Assembly (NCBI GenBank): GCA_019828565.1
Contig: JAHDYR010000007.1
Span: 231,600-295,599 of the forward strand
Reading direction: 5' to 3'
Source of the DNA: Carpediemonas membranifera BICM
Lineage: Eukaryota; Protista; Fornicata
Length of the DNA stretch: 64,000 bases
Shown: positions 11,826 to 21,639 of the stretch, one piece after another
Position numbering within the stretch: position 1 is the stretch's first letter
Layout: every line of letters begins with the position of its first letter
Translations under genes and position numbers: made by a program
Notes under the pieces: generated by a model
Told to the model about the DNA's origin: nothing
Databases searched by the model: none
Seen by the model: only the letters and a program-made list of their open reading frames with translations

Positions 11826-14800
11826 CTACCCCTCTCCTCGAGGTGACGGCGCACGACGGACGTGCGGGCGGCGTCAGAGTTGGGACCCTCCCACGTGGCC
11901 TTAGCCTCAGGGAAGCCGAGCCACTTAATGAGGAGGTCGCCAGTCTCGTCGTCGACCTCTAGGACTTTCTCGACGTAATACTTCTCGTCGTCGGTAGCCG
12001 CGATGCGCAACAGTTCGGCGTCGCTGAGGGGGCCTTGGCAGATGCGGATTAACTGGCTCAGGTGGACCCGGCGGCTCTTGCCGCCAGTGAGCGGCGTGAT
12101 CTCCGCTGCGTAACCGTCGGCGGCTGTGATGCGGAATGGGCCGCGGTGGCCGTGTAGCTTCGTGGGGCTCTCGTTCTTACGAAGGACCAGAGTGCCCGGC
12201 TCGATCGGGGGCGTCGGCTCTGCGGTCCTTGTCATTGCCTGCTGGCGGTTGAGGGCCTGGTCGGCGAGGATCTGGAGGTGCTCGGTGAGCGCGTCGATGT
12301 AGGAGGCTATGTCGTCCAGGGGAGTATGAACTCTACCCTCCTCCTTGGGTGCGATCGTGAAGTCGCGAGCGGAGGCATGCTTGCCCATCAAGAGAGCAAT
12401 GGGTTCGACGCCGGTGACGGAGTGGACCGTAGTGTTCAGGATGTACTGGACGTATGGGACCACGGAGGCCCAGGCGTCGTAACGGTCAAACATCAGACAG
12501 AGCACACGTAAGTGTCGCTTGACTTCCTGGTTGCGTCTCTCGGCCAGGCCGTTTGACTGAGGGTGGAAAGGGATTGTCCGGTGGTACGTGACCTGCAAGC
12601 GATCAAGGAAAGCTTCTATCATCCGATTGCGGTACTCGGGGCCGTTGTCCGAAAGGAACTCGCGAGGCACACCGTAGCGTCCGATGATGGACCAAAGTGC
12701 CAGCCCGACCGTCGTCGCGTTGTTGGAAGCTGTGGGGATGAGCTCCGTGAAGCGGGTAAACATGTCGGTTGCCACCACGATGTATCTGAAACCCTCGGAG
12801 TCGACAGGGAAAGGACCCATGGTGTCTACAGCGATGGTCTGGAAGGGTCGGTCGCGCAGAGAAGACTGCGTTGTGATCTTAATGAAAGCGGAGAGGCGTG
12901 CCTTAGCGCAGTACACGCAGGTTGACACGACTGCGTGCACGTCGGAGTGGAGGCCTGGCCAATCGTGCCCAAGCTGGCGGACGTTCCTGATGGTGGCCTG
13001 CTCGCCCTCGTGGTATCGGTGAGCTTCTTGCACGATCTTGCGCTTGGCGTCTTCGTCGAGCTCGGCCTCTGAGACGTTGTTGACCTGCGTGACTGTGGCC
13101 TGCGGGTTGTATCGACTGAGTGCGTCGGCCAGTGTGTTCTGCGCGCCTGCGATGTGTCTGATGACGAACTCGAACTCTTGGATCATAAGCAGCCAGCGGA
13201 GGTGCTTACGGTTTTCCTGGCCAGCCTTGGAGTGCAGGTAGACCAAGTTGCGGTGGTCCGTCCAGATCGTCAGGTCCTGGTGGACTCTAAAGATGGGCGA
13301 GAGGTCAGGCCGAGTGAGGCAGTAGATGATCGCGAACAGCTCCTGGTCGTACGTGCACCAACGCGACTGTGTGTCGTTGAAGACCTTTGAGAAGAATGAC
13401 ACGACGCGCCATGTGTTGTCCGAGTCAAGCTGCAGTAAGACACCGCCGATGCCTTCGAGAGAGGCGTCGGTCTCGAGGCGCCAGGGCCTGCTCTGGTCCG
13501 GATGGGCGAGGACCTCTTCGTCTGTCACGGCCTGCTTGAGCTGATCAAACAGAGCCTGAAGCGTGTCGTCCCAGTCGTTGAAGGTGTAGGGTGGGACCTT
13601 GCTGACCAAGGCCTGGAGCGGCTTGAGGCGTGTCTGGCAGTCGGGGATATAGTCACTGAGGTATGTGAACATACCGATGATCATGCGTAGGTCCTTGACC
13701 GAGTGAGGTGCGGCGAGGTCCTGCATGGATCTGACACGAGTAGGGCTCATGCGGCGGCCCTTGCCATCGACGATATCGCCGAGGATCTCGATAGACGTCG
13801 CCCCGAAGACACACTTGTCGCCGCGGAGGCGGACGTTGCGTTCCTCTGCGATACAGAGTAGGCGGTCGACGTGGTCTAGAAGCTCCTGAGGTGTCTTGGC
13901 TCGACCAAAGATGTCGTCGATGTAGTTCTTCGTACCGTCGGCGCGCACAGGGGCAAGGATTGCCTGGATGGCCCGCTGGAACTGTGACGGTAGGTTACGA
14001 AGACCAAAGGGTGCAAAGTTGTACTCTTTGAACCGGCCTGGCAGCGTTATAGCGGTGAGGTACTTGTGGTCTTCGCGTACTGGCATTTGATGAAAACCTG
14101 ACCGGAGGTCACAAGCGAAGAAGTACTTGGCACCGATGAAGTCGTTGGTGAAGGTGCGGATATCTGCGAGGGGGAACCTGTCTGGTGTAGTTACCGAGTT
14201 AAGCTCGCGGTAGTCGGCGCAAAGTCGTAACTCGCTTGACTTCTTCACTACGATGACGGCTGCGGATGCCACGTGGCTGTAGGAATCGCGTACGATGCCC
14301 TGTCTGTCCATGTCGTCGATAATCTCGTGCACTCTTTCGGCGGTGGATGCCGTGAGCGGTCGAGGGGCATGGTTGGGTAGGGGTGCGCCTGGCACGATGT
14401 CAATCGTTGCGGCGGCGATATGGGCGCCGTCAGGGTGCAGCTCGCCGAATACCGGTGCGTGCCGGCGGATGACATCAGCCATCTCGGCTTTGAGCGGGAA
14501 GTCGCTTGCGATGCGTGTGCCAAGTGGGCCCGCGTCGTCGCTGACGATGTTGTTGACTGCGTGGAAGTCATCGGTCTGGTCGTCGGGGAGGCCTTCGTCC
14601 TCGCCGTCGTGAACTTGCGGGCGGAGGCGAAGCATGATGCCCTCGTCGGACATGAGGCCTAAGAACCACAATATATCCGAGCCGATGAGGACCTTATCGG
14701 CCCTGCCGCTGATGACGTGCAGGGGCCAATCGATGATCGTTCGGCGGTCGCCCAAGCGGTCCGCGACCAGCGTTGTCTCGAAGGTGCCGTGTTGCTGGAG

Positions 14801-16231
14801 ACCTTGGTCGTCAGGGCCCGTCAGCTGGACCATGTCGGGGCCCCTCCTGCCAAACTGGGCGAGTGCGTTGGCGAGGTCCAGCGAGATGGTGGACACTACG
14901 GAGCCAGGGTCGACCGTCGCTGAGATAAGCGTGTCACCTATCGTCACTGGAATCCGGAGAAGCCGGCCCGGCGAGTAAGCGTGCTCGGCATGCTCTACGT
15001 TCTGAACGCTGCCTTGTTGGGGCTTGTTGGGGGGTGTCGGTGTGAATGGTGTGGCCTGCTTGGGGTTCTGCCTGAACTGCCAAGGACCCTTCGACGTCGA
15101 TGGTTGCTGGGGCTGCTGTGGTTGTCCAGCGGCCTGTCGTTGGGGACCAACTGCCTGCGGCTGGCGTAACTGGTTCTGCTGGGCGGCTGAGGCTTGGTGT
15201 GGTGTGCGTTGAGAGGCCTGGCCCTGGCGGGGATCTTGAGGTTGGCGGCCCGCCGGTGTGGCTCTGTTAGCCTGACTCTGGCGCTTCAGCAGCCGGCACT
15301 CTTCAGTAGAGTGGCCGCCGGGACCGTGGACGCGGCAGGTCTTGCGGCCGTTGCCCGGTGTAGCGGGGACCTTGGCGCCTGCCATGGGACCGGAGGTCCT
15401 CTGGCAGAAGGACCAAGGCGTGACGATCGTCCCATCGGAGTTAGTTGGCAAAGCCAGGATGCGGTGCTGGACGTCATCGATGGTGGTGGCGCCGTCGGCG
15501 AAATCCTCGAAGGCGAGGGCGGCTTCGGTGACGTCAAAACCGCGGGTCAGCACGCGGAAAAGCGTGGATATCAGCCTCTTCTCGGTGAGGGGCGTGTAAC
15601 CGTTTTCTTCTGTCGGGAACTTGGGGTTCAGCTGGCGACAGTGCTTGCCGAAAGCTAGGAACATCTTCTGCATAGAGGTGATGTCTCCACCTGTGAGCGT
15701 GGTCCTTTCCAGGATCGCCGCCGCGCGAGCGGCTGGGTTGGCCCGCTGGGCGGGTGTCAGCTCGAAGTACGCGGTGTAGGTGAGCAAGAGGTCCGCCCGC
15801 TCGCGGAGCTCCTCCCTCGAGAGGCGCTCTGAGGCGTTGGTCGAGGTGTCTGGGGCCGTCGGTGGCGGACTGACCGCCTTGAGGGCTGCGGTGATGAAGG
15901 CCTGCTTCAGCTCGTCTGAAGCGATCGAGGCCGCTTGGGTGTCTATATCCTTGAGCTTGGCCAGGAGAGCGCTGAGCTCCTCGGCCGATTTGTCGTCGTC
16001 GTTCTTCTCGGGTTCATTCTGCTCGGAAGGCTTATGAATGGGAGGACGGATCTCTGTCTCAAAGAAGCATTGGAAATCCTCGAATGTTGGGAATCTCGTT
16101 GTCGGGATGAACGCCGCGCGGATTTCGGCTAGTTTCTCGCTCCCGAGGAAAAAGAGGATGCTAGACGGCTGCTTTTTGCTTGCAACGTGAAGACGATACT
16201 CGTCTAAACGGCTGTTGCTGACTAAAACCAT
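11810..16231 (-). CDS. Gypsy B gag-pol polyprotein (CHHC-type knuckle, PR, RT, RH, IN, chromodomain)
   Basis: CRVHGPGGHSTEEC, VDPGS, CDLRSGF, YIDD, TDAS, VDTMG, SDNG, SNGLAER, YYVEKVL...IKWLGF; stop codon lies inside the 3' LTR. Confidence 0.95.
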   Translation of the reverse strand: MVLVSNSRLDEYRLHVASKKQPSSILFFLGSEKLAEIRAAFIPTTRFPTFEDFQCFFETEIRPPIHKPSEQNEPEKNDDDKSAEELSALLAKLKDIDTQAASIASDELKQAFITAALKAVSPPPTAPDTSTNASERLSREELRERADLLLTYTAYFELTPAQRANPAARAAAILERTTLTGGDITSMQKMFLAFGKHCRQLNPKFPTEENGYTPLTEKRLISTLFRVLTRGFDVTEAALAFEDFADGATTIDDVQHRILALPTNSDGTIVTPWSFCQRTSGPMAGAKVPATPGNGRKTCRVHGPGGHSTEECRLLKRQSQANRATPAGRQPQDPRQGQASQRTPHQASAAQQNQLRQPQAVGPQRQAAGQPQQPQQPSTSKGPWQFRQNPKQATPFTPTPPNKPQQGSVQNVEHAEHAYSPGRLLRIPVTIGDTLISATVDPGSVVSTISLDLANALAQFGRRGPDMVQLTGPDDQGLQQHGTFETTLVADRLGDRRTIIDWPLHVISGRADKVLIGSDILWFLGLMSDEGIMLRLRPQVHDGEDEGLPDDQTDDFHAVNNIVSDDAGPLGTRIASDFPLKAEMADVIRRHAPVFGELHPDGAHIAAATIDIVPGAPLPNHAPRPLTASTAERVHEIIDDMDRQGIVRDSYSHVASAAVIVVKKSSELRLCADYRELNSVTTPDRFPLADIRTFTNDFIGAKYFFACDLRSGFHQMPVREDHKYLTAITLPGRFKEYNFAPFGLRNLPSQFQRAIQAILAPVRADGTKNYIDDIFGRAKTPQELLDHVDRLLCIAEERNVRLRGDKCVFGATSIEILGDIVDGKGRRMSPTRVRSMQDLAAPHSVKDLRMIIGMFTYLSDYIPDCQTRLKPLQALVSKVPPYTFNDWDDTLQALFDQLKQAVTDEEVLAHPDQSRPWRLETDASLEGIGGVLLQLDSDNTWRVVSFFSKVFNDTQSRWCTYDQELFAIIYCLTRPDLSPIFRVHQDLTIWTDHRNLVYLHSKAGQENRKHLRWLLMIQEFEFVIRHIAGAQNTLADALSRYNPQATVTQVNNVSEAELDEDAKRKIVQEAHRYHEGEQATIRNVRQLGHDWPGLHSDVHAVVSTCVYCAKARLSAFIKITTQSSLRDRPFQTIAVDTMGPFPVDSEGFRYIVVATDMFTRFTELIPTASNNATTVGLALWSIIGRYGVPREFLSDNGPEYRNRMIEAFLDRLQVTYHRTIPFHPQSNGLAERRNQEVKRHLRVLCLMFDRYDAWASVVPYVQYILNTTVHSVTGVEPIALLMGKHASARDFTIAPKEEGRVHTPLDDIASYIDALTEHLQILADQALNRQQAMTRTAEPTPPIEPGTLVLRKNESPTKLHGHRGPFRITAADGYAAEITPLTGGKSRRVHLSQLIRICQGPLSDAELLRIAATDDEKYYVEKVLEVDDETGDLLIKWLGFPEAKATWEGPNSDAARTSVVRRHLEERGSVPIN

Positions 16232-16243
16232 GACAGTGATCAC

Positions 16244-16296
16244 TGTGGTATGGATAGAACAGCTAGCGAAAGAGGTTTAATCAATTGATTGGGACA
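16244..16296 (-). repeat. Gypsy B 5' LTR (53 bp)
   Basis: Identical to 11773-11825. Confidence 0.95.
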
Positions 16297-18856
16297 GGGT
16301 CACCTCGTAATCGTACTCCGCGAGGCGAAGGCGCCAGCGGAAGATCTTTGCAGATGTCGAGGTGCGTAGGTAGACCAGATTCCGGTGATCGGTCTCGACA
16401 CGGAACCTGTGTCCTAGGATGAAGTGCTCGAACGACGTGATTGTGTGGTAGATGCCGTATAGCTCTTGCTCTATCGTTGACCAGCGCGACTCGGTGTCCG
16501 TAAACCGGCGGCTGCAGAACGCCACGATCTGCTCCTGACCGTCGTTATCGGCCTGGACGAGGACCCCGCCGCACCCTGCATTCGAAGCGTCGGTGCGTAC
16601 TATGAGCTGCTTCGTATAGTCGGGCGTTGCCAGGAGAGGCAAGTGAAGAAGGTCCTCTTTGATCTTCTGGAAAGCCGCTTGTCGGTCGTCGGTCCACTCC
16701 CACGGCGTGTTCTTCTTAGTCAGGTCTGTGAGCGGTGCGACCGTGATCGAATAGTTCTTGATGAACTCCCTCAGGTAGTTTGTCATTCCGAGGAAGCTGC
16801 GGAGTTGACCAACATCCTTAGGCGGGGCTAGCTGAAGGAGGGCCTGGACTCGGCCGGACGAGACGCTGACACCGGCAGCTGACAGGATGTGGCCCACGTA
16901 TTCCACGCTAGGCCGTAAGAAGACGCACTTGGAGACCTTGAGACGGAGGCGGTGCTCGTCTAGGCGCGCGAGGACGGTGCGCAGGTTGTCCAGGCCTCCT
17001 GCTCCGTGTCACCATAAACGATGATATCATCCAGGTAAACCTCGCAGATGCGTCCTACGAGACCGTTCAGGATGATGGTCATGGCCCGCTGGAAGTGTGC
17101 AGGCGGGTTGCGGAGCCCAAATGGGATGCGGATGAACTCGAATAGGCCAGCTGGGGTTGCGAAGGCCGTGTAGGGGATGGACTCCTCTGCGATTGGGAGC
17201 TGATGGTACCCTTGGGTGAGGTCTAGGGTGCTATAGTAGCGGTGTCCGGCTAGGCGACGGTGCAGCTCAGCTGGGTTGCTGAGGGGGAATGCCAGTGGAA
17301 TGGTGGCCTCATTGATTCTGCGGTAATCAATAACCATACGTCTCTGGCCGCCCTTCTTGGGTACCGTGAAGGCGGGGCTAGCGTAAGGCGATGAGGAAGG
17401 TCGGATGACGCCTTGGTCGAGGAGGCTCTCGACTTCACGCTGGATTACCTCTGCGAGGGCGGGTGAGAGACGGCGAGGAGGGAAAGGGGCGATATCTCGG
17501 CCCTCCATCAGCTCGATCTTGAATTCGTCGACGTCGATGGCACCGGGAGGTCGTCCCTGAAGAGTTCAGGGAACGCGTTGACGACATTGGCCACGGCGCG
17601 AGGAAGCAGAGGCGTATCCTCGGGGTCGTCATGGAGGGGTGACGCGTTGTCGCCCACCTCCTCGGGGGCGGGCTTGAGGTTGCCCAGCATGTTGATGAGG
17701 CCCGTCTCATGAAGGGTCTGCACGCCCAAAATAGCTTCCTCGCCGGTGGCGTGCACCAAGAAGTCCGCTGTAATCGTCAGCGGGCTGTCGAGGAACAGTG
17801 TCAGTGTGACGTTGCGAGCGACACGAGTGCATCGGGCGGGACCTCCTGCGGTGTCTAGATCGACATCCATGGGGACCGTTTTGAGTCCTAGGTCCTCGAC
17901 CGTCGTTGGGTCGACGAAGTTGTGCGTAGCGCCTGTGTCGAGCAGGACTGTGGAGATCGGGTTGTCATCACCGATAGTCGCTTCGACGCGTGGGGGTGCG
18001 ATGGCATCGGTAGTGTCAGAGTGGACTGTGTCAGAGTGGGGCTCGACCAAATCTGGAGATACGATATCGCGAGATACGATATCGCGAGATTCGATATCGC
18101 GGGATCCGATCTTCTTTGCCTCAGCCTTGATCGGCGTAAGACGGATGGGGTTGCGGCGCATCCCCGTAGGGAAGAAATGGGGATGGCGGCTGTTCGGGCA
18201 GTTCGGGCGCATGTGGCCTCGTGGCCGCATCCGTGGCACTTGACGGGTCCATGGTGCGGTGCGGTAGGGCGCTCGCGTCGGGCGGCGGGCGCCGCCGTGG
18301 CGCGTTCGGCGGAGGTAGCATGGTTGTCCTGCAAGCCGAGCTGTTCGCGGGCGGCGATAAGCTCGTCGAGCTCAGTGATGGCATGGTTGCAGGCGTCATC
18401 GAAGCTGCCGGGCTCCATGAGCTTAACGCGGCTCTGTAGAAGCGGAGGCAGCGAGCGCACGAATAGCTTGCGCTGTTGAGCGGCGGATGGACGGGTGTCG
18501 TCGTCGCACAGCTCGAGGTTACGTTGGAAAGCGGCGATGTGCTGAAGAAGCGCTATGGGCGTCTTGGTGTGGAGATGGAGGCGCTCTAGGGCGCGGTGGG
18601 CTTCGATTTGCGTGTTGAATCGGAAGAACTCGTCCGTAATACGGCCGAAGATGTCGGCGTCGTCGAGTTCATTGAGATCGACGCGGATGCCGATGATGCG
18701 GGCTACAGTGGGGCTGATGAAGGTAATACGCGGTGGAATGGCTAGATTAAGGGCGGTGGCTTGTGCGACATAGAGGTCGTAAGCATCGAGGAAGCGGAAA
18801 AAGGAAATCCTGTCCAAAGAGGACAAGAAAGGGACTTGCAAGTGTGCGTTGTTCAT
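16297..18856 (-). pseudogene. Gypsy A gag-PR-RT-RNase H (several frameshifts)
   Basis: ORFs 17888-18937, 17508-18239, 16960-17508 and 16277-16906 with CHGCGH, DTGA, LDLTQGY, YLDD, TDAS, TDHRNL. Confidence 0.9.
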
Positions 18857-18874
18857 TTGAGAGAGTATTAATAC

Positions 18875-19059
18875 TGTTCTCGCGAACGAAGACAACAAAG
18901 GCAAAGCTGGCGAAGAGTGATTTAAAATTCGACACAAGGGTGTCGAATTTGACCGGGCGAGACCAAAACACAGGAGCGAATCAACCCCAGGGAATTACAT
19001 ATTGCATATGTAACACGTAAACACCCCGGGCAACAGCTCGATACTCCTCGCTTATAACA
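18875..19059 (-). repeat. Gypsy A 5' LTR
   Basis: Direct repeat of 10759-10943; followed by palindrome AGTATTAATACT. Confidence 0.95.
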
Positions 19060-19365
19060 GCAGCAAAGGGACAAACCGATGCGAATGTCGCAACAATAAT
19101 CGTTTGCGATGGCAATTCCACTAGTTCTGTACAACTTCCGCCTCTTCTGGAAGGATGGAGAACGTTTCGCTTAGCGAAACCTTAATCTTGCCACCAACCA
19201 GTGACAGAACCATCCTAGTGGATCCTCTTGCTCTATAAAGCGACTATCTGCTGATCATCTCTAGTACCGAGACTGGCATCAGCCTCGGACAACTAGCCCT
19301 TCCTTGAGGGGATGACGGGGCTCCCGTACCCGTCGTGGCTTCTAATGCCTATTTTCATGGGAGCT

Positions 19366-19956
19366 TTACTTGCTGGGTTCTGTACCCATAGTTAGTCGTT
19401 TCAGTCTGTCTGCGGCCAACTGGCGGTCCTTGCGCACAGCCTGGGCAATGTAGGGTCTAAGGCTAGCCGCCGAGGCCCATCCTCCGAGGAAGGCAATGCT
19501 CTCAAGCGGCGTGCCGTGTAGAGCCTCAGAAGAGGCTCCGCCCTTACGGAATGAGTGGAAAGTGACACCTGGCCCAAAGGCCGACGTGATGTATCGTCTC
19601 ATCTCTCTCTCGGAACACTCGTGCTTAAGGCTTAGACCCTTAGGTGTGACTCGGCGCCACAGCCGATCACTGGGGCTCTTCAGGCGCGCTGCGAGCCACT
19701 TCAAAGCCGTTGCGACGTCAAAGTGGTCTGATGCCAGCTCCGAAAAGGCTATGAACCTGTCGAAGTTGATCTGGCCGACCTTAGTTGTCTTAGCGCGCAC
19801 AGTCACTCCAGAGTCATTTGCAGAGATGTCCTCCTTTGTCAGAGAGAGTACTTCGATGCCTCTGGCAACACATAAGAAGCAAGTGGAACCAAAGACAACC
19901 GCCTGCCAGTTCTCTACTGATCTTGCATCATAAACAGATGCAATTGCCGCCCGCAT
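19366..19956 (-). CDS. DIRS-c tyrosine recombinase catalytic domain
   Basis: R-K-H-R-W-Y catalytic residues recognisable. Confidence 0.85.
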   Translation of the reverse strand: MRAAIASVYDARSVENWQAVVFGSTCFLCVARGIEVLSLTKEDISANDSGVTVRAKTTKVGQINFDRFIAFSELASDHFDVATALKWLAARLKSPSDRLWRRVTPKGLSLKHECSEREMRRYITSAFGPGVTFHSFRKGGASSEALHGTPLESIAFLGGWASAASLRPYIAQAVRKDRQLAADRLKRLTMGTEPSK

Positions 19957-21600
19957 CTCCTCAGAAGATATTGGTCTTGCCCCACCGGTAGCCCGCGTGT
20001 TGTTAGAGACCTTCTTTGCCGCTCTTCAGGAGAAGCTCGGTGAGCTCGGGGTTCAGCGGAATCATGGGATTCTGAGGGCTCAACTGCTGCTGTAGTCGTC
20101 TGAGGGCCAACCTTCCTCCCTCGCAGGTGTCGGAGAAGTACTGGAGCTGGCCTAGGATCCTTAGTGCTTCGTCGGCATCGACTGAGCCTCTTTGCAGAGC
20201 CTGTACTATCTTTGCCTCGTACTTCTCCGCCTTCGTAACGTCCAGTGAGATGAGGTTGGCTGTCGCAGAGCGTCTATGATGAGACCGAGGTACGATAGGC
20301 GAGTTGTTGGGCTGAGGACAGACTTCTCCATGTTGACGATTATGCCCATTCTCCGGAGGAGGAGCAGCATGGGCCTGACCTGGCTCTGAAGGTGATACCG
20401 ACTCTGGCAGTGAATGAGGAGGTCGTCGAGATATACGACCACCATCACATTGAACTGCGAGGCAATCACCTTCGCCACCTGCACCATCGTTGTCTGGAAG
20501 ACGAAAGGGGCGGGGCGCCACCCAAAGGGCAGGGCGCGAAACATGTAAGCGGCGCCTGGGACAACGATGCCCAGCAGTTTCTGGTCTGCCTCCCGTATCG
20601 GCAACTGATGGCAACCGGACTTGAGATCTAGCTTGATCATCCAGCTGTCGGGGGCAAGTGATGATACGGCCCTCCGCACTCCGTAGAGGCGGAATGTCCT
20701 GTTCTCCTGTGAGACTGTATTGAGGCGCCTGAGATCGTGGATGGGGCGAACATCCTCCAGCCCCTTCGGCACGACAAAGAGGGGTGCGGCATGCTGTAGA
20801 GTCTCCCTCGACACACGTTGGAGTACCCCGGATTGCTGAAGCTTGTGGATCTGCTCCATCACATGTGGACCGACCCGGGTCTTGATGATCGGCAGAGACT
20901 GGCGGTCTGACGCACGTACGTCTATCGGAACTCCGTGTCTCACCCACTCCACGACTTCTGATGAGACACCCAGCTGCTCCCATAGCTGGGCGTCTCCTAT
21001 TGTTGGGAATTGTTGTTGCCGCTGGGGCGGCGAAACCCCCGGCCCGACTGGCTGCCTTGACTGTTCTGGCTCTGAATGCTGTGGTGCACTCTCTTGAGTT
21101 TCTTCTTAGCCTGCCCCCTCATGTCCACCTCGACCTGCAACGACTTGGCCCGGATGTCTTCGAGGTTTGAGAAGTTCGCCATATTTCTCTTGAGAGCCGC
21201 CTCCATGTAAGTGGCAGTGGAGTGCTCGTATACATCCTTGCAGCGTAGGACTTCGAAGCGTGTAGCCACAGCAATCATGATCTCGTCCACGTCTGTAAGA
21301 GCACCGAGCGCCATCTTCTGGTACAGCTCACGAAGGAACTTAGCTTCATCAGCGAGACCATGACCCTTGGGCATGTCCCAATAGCCGTCGAACGTAGCGT
21401 CGCGCATCACATCTAGCTCCTCCTGGAGCTCGGCGTTCTTCTCTTCCGCCTGCTTGAGTGAGAGGCGCATAGCACTGAGCTCCTTGCTCAGATCAGCCTT
21501 AAATGCCTCGAGTTGTTCGGCCACGGCCTCGTTCATGAGCACTGACGTCTCGACACCATTGTGTCGAATTTGGACGGATACATAGCCTAAATAAAATCTG
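19366..21600 (-). mobile_element. DIRS-like retrotransposon, family c, internally deleted (RH/MT and YR N-terminus missing)
   Basis: gag 20997-21536 (DEAKFLRE) and RT 20003-20990 (IHDLR, YLDD) jump at ~20010 into YR 19366-20000 (ARGIE, HSFRKG, GGW, PY). Confidence 0.85.
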
Positions 21601-21639
21601 GTCGGTTGCTTCCGACACACGCCGGAACCTGCCAGCTGC

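Larger units (their letters stand above)
11773..16296 (-). mobile_element. Gypsy B: intact 4524-bp chromodomain LTR retrotransposon with 53-bp LTRs and GGGTC TSD
   Basis: Identical LTRs 11773-11825 and 16244-16296; TSD gggtc at 11768-72 and 16297-301; PPT gaggagaggggtag; single uninterrupted ORF. Confidence 0.96.
10759..19059 (-). mobile_element. Gypsy A: Ty3/Gypsy chromodomain LTR retrotransposon (185-bp LTRs, GCAG TSD) containing nested Gypsy B
   Basis: LTRs 10759-10943 and 18875-19059 (TG...CA, 3 mismatches); TSD gcag at 10755-58 and 19060-63; gag-CCHC-PR(LLDTGA)-RT(YLDD)-RH-IN-chromo. Confidence 0.95.

Noticed and set aside
18056-18106. Three 15-bp tandem repeats (gagatacgatatcgc) as a CRISPR-like or regulatory array
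   Set aside because: No spacers; it is an in-frame SRDIV/E repeat in the gag-PR linker.
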